Below are positions 48,901 to 58,877 of a stretch of DNA of 64,000 nucleotides, in pieces (within the stretch, counting starts at the first letter, position 1; each line of letters starts with the position of its first letter). Below the pieces are notes generated by a model. It was not told the DNA's origin. It saw only the letters and a program-made list of their open reading frames with translations, and made no database searches. The position numbers were made by a program, and so were the translations under genes. Where the stretch lies: NCBI RefSeq assembly GCF_003704095.1, contig NW_020845694.1, positions 434,001 to 498,000 on the forward strand, in the 5' to 3' direction. The DNA is from Pocillopora damicornis. Lineage: Eukaryota.

Positions 48901-50364
48901 CAGAAGATCAAACCACGTTGTGCACAACGTGAGTAAGCACGTTACATCACTTGTCTGGGAAAAGATTTTATATTTAACAGAGGATTGTTGCAATTAAGCA
49001 TACCCACCAACTTGTTTCAAGACCTCGTTCAAGTCTTTCTCATCAAATTTAATTGCAACCTGACTAGCGCTGAGTCCTGCCTCCTTTGCGAGCGAAATCA
49101 CGTGCTCGCATTCGTCATCGGTTAGAAAATGAGGAATTTCTAAGGATAAGGAACAGTTTTAGAATTTTTCTGTATTAAATTCTTTTAGTTTTGTATTTAT
49201 TTCAGTTGTAATGATGTTTATCTTAGTTGAAGGTTAAGTCTAAAGACCCATGTGATGTGCAATATTTATTCGACTTTTTATCAGTATATATTACACCACA
49301 GTTCAATCCTTTTCAGTTGGTTTTACTTGTTCATGATAGCCACATTGCAAAAAATTCTTCAAACATAACCTTACCAAATAATAATGGCCTCATAGCTCTG
49401 GTGATCAACTTGTAACTTCTTCCTTCTTCCAACTCTAACCATTGCACGTGACCTGTCTAATTAAATGCAACTACTAATGAGTGTTAGGGATCCCTCATTA
49501 CTTATCGCGCACCTCGGGGTCGGAAGATTTTGGTTGTGTCACAACAGTTGTATTCTAATGATCCCAGTCATTGGCAGTCAATTTTCCTTCGTTCCCCTCC
49601 CCCTCCCCTAACATTCTGTTGAAGACGATTGATCCTACCCCCTAAAAACCATGTGATTCCCCAAAAAATCTTCCGACGCCCTCTCCAGGTATTGGAAATG
49701 CTTTGTGCTCTCTACACAAGAGACAAGTTTTTGCTTCTTTTTTAGTATATAGCAGGTGCCAGTCAAAGCAACCAGGTTGTAGGACATCTTTGTTTTCTTA
49801 ACCGTGTCCGTGATGTTATTGTTTATAACTTATGTTTTCAACTTCAAAATGTTACAGTTTGTTATATATAATTACACATTAAGATATTTTAAAAATCAAA
49901 GTTATGTTCTTATAGATTGTGTTATATCAATTGTGTTACGAAGACCACAGCTCTACCATATGAACCTAGCAACACTTTTTATTTGAATAGAAATGAATAA
50001 GAAAGTTAGTCTCAACTCAGTGATTGCTAAAATCAGTCCTTGAATGAATACCTTAAAGTTATTTGAAATAATAAAAATATCAGAGAGTAGCTAAAAACTT
50101 ATTTCTTTTGTTACTTCCTTGTATTATTATATTCAACAGAAATAGTTACCTACTCACCCGTTTACCCTGTAGATGAACAAGTTTAAAACTATTTCTCCCG
50201 TCTTTATCAAATGACTCGTCGAAAAAAGAATATTGGGTGAGGTCTTGATCTTCCTCAAAACACGGTTCTTTGAACATTTTGTTTTTGACTGTAGTGCCCT
50301 CTAACTTGGGAAGTTTGAAAAAATTAAATAAAACCATAAAAAATGACGTTCTGGTGAGATTCAT
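45966..50364 (-). CDS. P4HTM: P4HTM-like EF-hand prolyl 4-hydroxylase, paralog C (11 exons, 440 aa)
   Basis: GT-AG exons 50364-50158, 49456-49375, 49139-49008, 48698-48607, 48156-48095, 47975-47935, 47622-47457, 47274-47217, 47001-46883, 46764-46674, 46238-45966 join in frame. EF-hand DRNKDNVVDIEE, HYHAHFD, YLNDVEQGGETAF, IHGGCDVIKGEKWIANNW. Confidence 0.95.
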
Positions 50365-52513
50365 AACTAAGATTGTTACTAAGTTTAGCGATCGAAAAAA
50401 AGTGAATGTCGATGTTTAACCTCCTGGTGCCATTCTGCAGGTACAAAATCTGTTCGCGTTGGCTGTTTTGATGTGAGTCACATGTGGTTGTTCTGTTTTC
50501 GACAGGATACCTTCTTTTTATGTCCATTAAGCTAATTTTTCCCTCGGCTGACAGTGAATGATTCTCCTAACATTGAATGCGTAAGTTCCGCCCCGATCAT
50601 AACAGTGGAAAAGTAAACCGTAATAGTTAAGCTGATTCCTCAGAAAAACAGGCTATCGCCGAACAATTTTTTTTTAAAATTTCCTTAAATGTTCCCTACC
50701 ATTGTCTGTTTCTGTTACCATAAAACAGATGTGTCACCGTGCTTGTTTAAGAGATATGATGGGCCAAACTTACTCCATTTATGCCTGTGCTGGCACTAAT
50801 CACGCGCGCCATTTAATCGGTTCACGGTGCATTTTGCGGTAGCTGGAAGCAACGGTTTTTACGGTAGCAGTTGAAAACTTGATAGGAAGAATGTCTCGAG
50901 CGTGTCATCGGAATGATTTAATGTATAGTCTGTGGAAAAATCCTGCACTTTTAAACAACATCGACTCAAAACGTTTCTCGAGTCGTTGCTTTCAAAGTCA
51001 TAATTTGCATCCTCAAGTAACATGCTTCGTACACGCTTCTCGATATATCTTTTTTTCCCTTCGATATTTTTTTTCAATTTCTCCAATTTAGAGGGGATAA
51101 TTTGTTCACCAAAATTATGCAATAAAAATATAGCTCACCGCGCTCGTTCAAGAGCTAAAGACCATCCTACCTCTTTACTTCTGGTCCTTTGATTGAAAAA
51201 CAGTACCGGACGTGTTCTAGGAATGCGAACTTGCTTATTCGCCTGATCACATGATTTTTATGCGCAGTAGAGGATGTGCAGTGCAACACTGAGGAATCAA
51301 TTTAAAAAGATACTCTCTGAGTTACTTCTTGAGTAACACGACATCAATGGAAAACATACCTAACACCCTGGGTCAACGAAAGTCTCACTTGTCGACAGGT
51401 TTCTCTCAAATGAGGAAGATATGTTTGGAATGTAGGCTACATGCGCTGGGGGAAACGGAAGGTGCAATGTCTAAGGCCATGGGACGTTCGAATTCTCGTC
51501 CAAATTTCTGCACTTGCCCAAAATTTAGTAACTCTTAAAATTTGTTTATAGACAACTTTGATCTCATCAAAACGACACTTTATATATGAATTGGACTCCA
51601 TGTGGCCCAATTGTTATCACAAAGATGTGTCAGCAAGATCAAAGTATCGTTTTCGAGATCATGGCTTTCTAATCAAAGTAATAAAATTAATAACTAATTC
51701 TTCTTTCTATTCAAAATAAACTACAGTAAAATTATCTCTCTCTCCCGCCTTAATTAGCCACAATGCTATTTTGCGGGTAGGGAATAGTGTATCCTAAATC
51801 TCATTTAAGTGGTGATAATCTTGATAAGCCTGATAAACTTGGAATGCAAGGAAAACGTACTCGATTTCAACAGCAATTTATCAAAAAACATTTAATGATT
51901 ATGACTCGAAAATTACAGTAAGTTTCCATTAAACCTATTGTGGTAAAATGGGGAAAAATTGGTCACTCTTCTTCCGCCGAGAGTATCATTGGAATTTAAA
52001 ACAATCAGCTGGAAGAGATGAGCATTTTGATAAAAAAAAATATTTATTTTCCAGCAGCAATTTTTCTGTGAATTCATAAAAAAATTTTATCATTTTCCAG
52101 CAGGAATTCTTCTTTGAATTCGTCAAAAAATGTTGTCAACTTCCTGAACACGTTCTAAGGGTATCAAACATCTGAACTTTACATTCTTTCAAATCGGACA
52201 TTATATAAATTCTTCTAATATAAATCTAGAGGATTATATATTTTCATCACCCGAATAGCTGGTGAAGAAGTTCTTTGAATTCAGACAGAGAACATCAGTT
52301 CAATCGAGAGTCGTAAAACCCAACTCAACGCAATTAGCTATAGTTTAGAATCTGATTGGTCGAGAAATAGGGGCGAGTTTTCTGCAGGAGTATTCACATA
52401 GCGAAGTGAGAAAAACCAAAGAAACCTCGAATTACTTTGGACACTGAATTGAAAATTGCACCATTGCGTGGACCACAGATCTCTACTGATCACGATTTAA
52501 AATATTAATCTAA

Positions 52514-55500
52514 TTAATCATGATCCCTTTTAATTTTTCTTCGATATATACTGGGAATGTGCTGGTAATTCTCATATGGTGCTGGTATCCAGTGATTGGC
52601 TATCCACTTGTGTCCTCGTCTGACGTCACAGCCTCCGTGTAGGGAGTAAGGGTCTCTATCCCCAAGCCACTCGCTGTCGGAGTCAAGGTAGTGATTGTAC
52701 CACATGACGGCTGTGCCTCGTTTTGGTGCTATTACCAAACTGGCGTCTTGACAGTAGTTACTGAGATTATAGGGATCTCCTTGTTGGCCTCGTTTCGCTA
52801 ATAGGATCTGTTAATTTAAAATTCTAAATATCTTAAACTCGTGGGAGGTGGGGCGACATAAAGTTCAGCGCTGGACTGTATCTGAATCGAGCAGTTTGTG
52901 AGCAAACGCAAACTAAGCTTGTTACTAATAAGCAAGTTACTCCACTCTTATGCTGCCCCCCTCCCCTCCACGGAGTGTAAATGCTGCCTCCCTTCCCCTC
53001 CCCCCCATAACATGTCGGGGAGACCTGACCGCGGATAACCTATTATTCTAGGTGAAGTACTTGTGATGTTTGACGCTTCCGAAGAAGAAACTGATCTTGC
53101 AGAAATATTTAACCTCTAGGATTTAGGTCAATGGTTTTTAAAGATCAAGAACATTAAGGGGATTGGAAATGAGTAGCGTGAAAAATACAAGCCAATTTTT
53201 TTCTAAGATACTTAAACATTAACAAAGGTCCATTAAAGTTAAGATCTCACCGATTGGTTCAGAGTTGAATTATCAGCCACTATAAAAGCTGTTTCGCCTC
53301 CTTCCTCAACGTCGTTCAAATAGTAAAGAATTGTGACGAACCTGGAATTTAAGAAAAGGAAATGTTTAGCATACTCTTGAGATGAGTTNNNNNNNNNNNN
53401 NNNNNNNNNNNNNNNNNNNNNNNNNNNNNNNNNNNNNNNNNNNNNNNNNNNNNNNNNNNNNNNNNNNNNNNNNNNNNNNNNNNNNNNNNNNNNNNNNNNN
53501 NNNNNNNNNNNNNNNNNNNNNNNNNNNNNNNNNNNNNNNNNNNNNNNNNNNNNNNNNNNNNNNNNNNNNNNNNNNNNNNNNNNNNNNNNNNNNNNNNNNN
53601 NNNNNNNNNNNNNNNNNNNNNNNNNNNNNNNNNNNNNNNNNNNNNNNNNNNNNNNNNNNNNNNNNNNNNNNNNNNNNNNNNNNNNNNNNNNNNNNNNNNN
53701 NNNNNNNNNNNNNNNNNNNNNNNNNNNNNNNNNNNNNNNNNNNNNNNNNNNNNNNNNNNNNNNNNNNNNNNNNNNNNNNNNNNNNNNNNNNNNNNNNNNN
53801 NNNNNNNNNNNNNNNNNNNNNNNNNNNNNNNNNNNNNNNNNNNNNNNNNNNNNNNNNNNNNNNNNNNNNNNNNNNNNNNNNNNNNNNNNNNNNNNNNNNN
53901 NNNNNNNNNNNNNNNNNNNNNNGACGCAAATGGTACAAAAAAAGGGGTCCGAGCAATCTGTCTCTATCCATTGAAAGTAGTAAAAAAGTTTATTTATTAC
54001 GAATGTAAGGGATTTTAAGGGATTAATGTTTAATCCAAGTTAATGTTCCTAACCTGTGTTGTTTTATTTGTCATACTTTTGGCACAGGGGTTAAAGATCG
54101 ACCGGGAGAGTCGCACAAAGAAAGAGAATCAAAATAAAAACTTCCCACGCCGGGAATCGAACCCGGGCCGCGGCGGTGAGAGCGCCGAATCCTAANNNNN
54201 NNNNNNNNNNNNNNNNNNNNNNNNNNNNNNNNNNNNNNNNNNNNNNNNNNNNNNNNNNNNNNNNNNNNNNNNNNNNNNNNNNNNNNNNNNNNNNNCAGTT
54301 CAAATATATGATTTTCATATATTCACAACCGTTTAATACCATTATCGGGACAAGTTTTTACTGAGCACCTACCCATCAACCCTAACCCTAACATCAGTAT
54401 CCTTATTAAATGAATAAAAATGAATGAATAGATAAATAAATAAATTAACTGATTAATAAAAGAAATGAAGTCGTTGGTGCTCTTAGGTATATTCTCGAAT
54501 ACAGATCTCAAGCATCGAGTAAAGATGACTGAAGAGGACAAGAATGGAGAGATCTTATGTTCTCTTTTAACGATATAGTGACGTTAAGTGCAAGTAATTT
54601 TGTTAAATCACACACCTGTCAATAATTTTATTTTGTATTGGGTCTGGGGTGGTGCTGTGTAACCAGGCCGTGTGACTGTAGCGCGATCTATGTCTTGGGT
54701 GTTTCCTTGCCATTGTCTTCACGAACTTGAAGAGATCATTCGCGTCCATTTTTCTGTATGTGTCATAGCTCACGGCTCCTATGCATGAAACAAAGACAAT
54801 TTTGATCCACCGAACGGAAAGTCTTAAGATTTAAGGAGTTGACTGAGTTACATGTATTATCTTCATTGACATCATCATTGCGCAGAAGCATTACATATCG
54901 ACATTCCTATCTTAGCAGTATGGAAGTTAAACTGCCCAGCCTGCCACGATACGTCTCCTATAATACAGTGGTAGACCATCCGAAGTACCGATATGAAGGT
55001 GTCAGGTTCAGCTCCCATTAAGAGTACTCGGAGTTCTTTTTCTCCGAGTATGCCTGTATCATTCGCTGAATAAAATCGTCTTTCACCACAAAAATCTGAT
55101 TTCAATAAGCTATCGTTTTCTAACCTAGACAAACTTTACATGTTCGACGACAGTTTCTTAGCATCCAGTTAGCATGATCTGGGTGGAGGCATTTTCCTTC
55201 TTTTTCCAGAGAAGAGCAGTTGGCTGCCAGGTCTTCACATCCACAGTTTCCACACGCTTTCCTACAGGTGAGTAGCATCCAAACTGGAAAGTTCTCACAT
55301 TCTCCGTCCTGCGCGTATTTGGAGCAATCAGCTTCATTATCATCGCAGAGGAGGCCTATAAATTAAGGCTTTTTTTAGTAAGAAAAGCTGTAGAGCCAGT
55401 GGAAAAAGCAAAGAGACGATAAAAAAACAAAACAAAAGAACATTACACCAGAGATCAAAATAGAAAAAAAAACCGTAAAATTGTTAAACAAATGCGCATT

Positions 55501-58500
55501 GAAAATTTGTTTTTTTTGTTCTCTTCTACTGGCGGTCTTTCGTCACAATTTAATTAAAGATGATCTTCTCATATTACCATATCTCGTGTTCGTACCTCCC
55601 AAAAAGGTGGGCACGCCGTGAAAAACAATATTTGTTGGATAGTGGGAGGGGAATATTTTTTTCCTACAACCTGTTTAATCAACTTAGCTTAATTTTTTTT
55701 TCAGTCAGGTCAAATTTTGATGTTTACATAGCAAAAGCCGCGTGCTTTTTAAAATTGCTTTTATCAATAGTACTTACCTGAACCAAACTGTGTGACGTTC
55801 AAATCTAAAAACCTGTAGTTGTGCCAGATAAAACCAAACAAGGATACGATTATAGCAAGCGACGTAATAAATGTATGTAGATTCACGATAGGTGAAGGAT
55901 CATCGGGAATGTATATTTGATATTAGAGAACATTCGTCTTAAGAGCATGGGCATTTATAGGAAAACACAAGGTAACTGTACAGTGAACTGTTGAAGGTTA
56001 TCTGGTTAGTGCACTTAACCGCATGTGACATGACGCTTTTTTCCATTTGACTTCAAATATTTCCAACATTCACTATTATGTCAAATACTTGCATCTCTTG
56101 TAGATCTTGTTCATCCAAGTACATGAAAAATAATCTTTCTACTGCCTTACTGAACTAAAACAAAGACAAAACATAAAAATCGCAAACTTTAAAAAAAATT
56201 GACCACAACTTTTTTAATTTCACCACAAAAGCTTTCGCGCCTAGAAATAAAATCAAAACTTAAGAAAACTTTTTTATCCTTCTTTGCATATTAATTTTGT
56301 TTTTGCTTTTCGCTGAAGCGAAGATCTGGAAGTGAAATTGTTCTCTCTTCATACAACATAATGACCCAGTAGAGGAAATAACAAATTTCAAATGTAGCCA
56401 AAATATTGCATTTGCAAATTGGATATTCAGTCATAATGTCTACAAAACCCTTCGTTGCTGACCACAAAGGAAGTTTAAACTTCCTGCGTTATAGTCGTCT
56501 TGCTTATCATGAGATCATAATTTTACTTCTTTAAGCCATTTGTAGGTTCGTACGGCAAAAGTTTTGGGCTGTTGTATATTACGATTACATTGATTGTACC
56601 TCATATCCCGTGAGTATACCATCCTCATCACGGTCCAAATCATCAAAGTCAAGAACCCTTCCATCTGAAAAGCCAATCACAAAAGTAAACTAAAACTGAC
56701 AGGAGAAAGTATGCAATCATTCATGAATTATTTCAATGAGCACTAATAAGCACAATACTTGACCCAGCAAAACAAATGTTACTAGCTCTGATCCAGGCGA
56801 AGAATCCCGCAGGAGAAAGATTGTATTACTAAACTTTTAGGTTATCAAACTCAGCAATAGACTAGTGAAAAAAAATTTGCTCCACTTACCTTCACATACC
56901 TCACAGCTCTGCTGGCAGTTTTTTAACATATACCCAGGATTTTTCTCACATTCTCCATATTTGGCCCATCTCACACATCTGTAGTCATCGTCATAACAAC
57001 TACCTATACAAATCGACAATTAAATGATATAGAGACTAATTACTAGAAAAAGAAACTCTTCTTAAAAATAAACATCTACTATAGAGCCGATCCACTCACT
57101 CACTAACTAGTCAACTGAAACACAGTGCACTCGAGCAAAGAAAAGAAGCCTAAATATTTCAGGCTCGACGGGATTCGAACCCAGGCCTCCCAGATACTGG
57201 TTGGGTATTATCACCAACTGAGCCAAGAAGCCACTCGTTGCTAATGGCCTAACTAATATCTGGGAGGCCCGGGTTCGGATCCCGTGGAAGCCAGAATCTG
57301 CTATTTCTTTAAAATTACAGTCCACCTACGAGGGTCATCTTTCTTTGAGTTTTACCCTCAAGTCAAATAACAAAAAGTTGTGATTGCGCGTAAGAGTTGT
57401 TTTTTTCTTTTTACTCACTAGCAAACTTATCTTGTTCCTCAGGCAAAGCAACTTCGCTCAACTCAAGTCCTGTTTCCTTTGCTTTTTGCATAATATGCTG
57501 GCATTCCTCTTCAGTCAAAAAATTTGGTATCTCTAAAAATGAAATACAGAAAAGCCACGTTTTATTCCCTTCCCTTTGATTTATATTCATCTGCGTCATA
57601 GTCCTCCCACGGTGGTTGTCAGTTATTCAATTTACATCTATTTTTAACACTCTCGAATTGATAAAAAAAACATGTGTTATGAATGCTCCATGAAAAAAAA
57701 TTAGGAACGTCTCAAATTGCAAAATATTCTTCTACCAAAGTGACTTTATGACTGCCACCTGTGTTTTCATGATCACAAACGTTGACTCCATTACAACCAT
57801 TCATTTCATTGACGGGTACTCTCTCTCTAGCTTTAATGTCACGTGTCTTTTTTCCACAAGCAAGAACTGAAACGTCTAGAGCGGCCTAATTTGTAAGTTT
57901 TGGAGGTATCAATAACCAGAGAAATGAGTACACTGAAGTCTCCTAACTTTAATATGAAAACGTAAAACGTACCAAAAACAGGAGGTTTGAGTGCTCGAGT
58001 GATAATTTTGTGGGTTTCCCCTGCAACTAAGAGCTCATGACTCACATGACCGACCTGCAAGAAAAATCGTTGAAAGAGTATCAGAAAGCTTAAAGTCTAA
58101 TTCGCTGAGAATATTTTAAAACTGCACTTTAAAATGACGAAATAATTATGAAAGCCACCACCAAGTGAAGTCAAAAGTCTGGGTTAATAATGAAAATAAT
58201 TTTGCAATGTTGCTTACCACTGTTTGAACTTGTTCTTCATAGCTAATAGGCAATATCTTGAACTAAGGCGAAACGATTCTTGTGTTTACAATATCAATTA
58301 GACATCGATCGTATTTGAGATAATGGAAAAGCCTTGGAAGTTTCAAAAGACAGTAAGCTACCAGCACTGCTATGAATACTCATGCAGGTCTTACGTGAAA
58401 ACGAAGCAGGTAGCTGATTTCCACCTACACAAGGAAACATCGTTTTGACTATAATGTACTTATAATGTTTAATCTATTTTACCTCGGAGAGTAAAATATT

Positions 58501-58877
58501 AAGAATAGATATCATTACTTGCGAAGGAATATCAAGGAGTCTCAAGTCAGGTTAACACTTTAACATTTAAAATCATTTCTAATATACGTCGACGTCCTTT
58601 TCACGTGTATTGCAGGCTGTAATTTTTAGTTTATTTATCAGATAAGTTTAAATAGTTGGAGGAAAAATACCTGTTTTCCATCTATGCGAACGAGTTTTCG
58701 TTTCAAGAGTGGCTGTCTTTTGACGCTGCAAGTACCTTGCTGACTTGATACATTCGCGGAGTAACATTTCTCCTTTGTCACAATATTTGGCGGATGGCTC
58801 CATTTTACAGACAAAGCACTAAGTAAAGTGCAGCTTAGACATAGGATAACTATCGCTTCTGTCAAAATTAGGCGCAT
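52514..58877 (-). CDS. P4HTM: P4HTM-like prolyl 4-hydroxylase with internal ShKT domain, paralog D (two exons hidden in assembly gaps)
   Basis: Exons 58877-58671, 58054-57973, 57532-57419, 57003-56890 (ShKT), 56664-56600 (EF-hand DRDEDGILTGYE), 56154-56093 (GC donor), 55812-55778, 54778-54616, [gaps], 53341-53251 (YLNDVEEGGETAF), 52807-52514 (LHGGCDVRRGHKWIANHW). Confidence 0.9.
54142..54195 (-). tRNA. trnE-CUC: tRNA-Glu (CTC), 5' end lost in a gap, intronic in paralog D
   Basis: The visible 54 nt are identical to the 3' part of the 42926-42997 tRNA; followed by a TTTTT terminator. Confidence 0.88.
54900..55090 (+). repeat. Degenerate tRNA-derived SINE-like repeat
   Basis: CAGTGGTAGACCATCCGAAG...GAAGGTGTCAGGTTCAGCTCCC (A/B-box-like) followed by a CTCGGAG...CTCCGAG hairpin. 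Confidence 0.5.
56890..57003 (-). other. ShKT (ShK toxin-like) domain exon of paralog D
   Basis: 114-nt phase 1-1 exon (tag|GT...GAAG|gtaag) encoding CYDDDYRCVRWAKYGECEKNPGYMLKNCQQSCEVC, the six-cysteine ShKT pattern. Confidence 0.92.
57150..57300. repeat. Palindromic tRNA-derived SINE/MITE-like element
   Basis: ACGGGATTCGAACCCAGGCCTCCCAGATA and TATCTGGGAGGCCCGGGTTCGGATCCCGT are inverted arms, each with a B-box-like GGTTCG. Confidence 0.7.

Noticed and set aside
52514-52530. C-terminal RDHD as an ER-retention signal
   Set aside because: Lacks the terminal EL of KDEL/HDEL-type signals.
54020-54056. cag|GTTAGGAACATTAACT... as the missing exon 8 of paralog D
   Set aside because: An in-frame TAA follows after about nine codons and there is no EPMQ-like motif or suitable donor.
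53366-54364. Long ORFs spanning N runs (also near 7 kb, 11.5 kb, 15.5 kb, 24 kb and 25.6 kb)
   Set aside because: Artefacts of translating assembly gaps.
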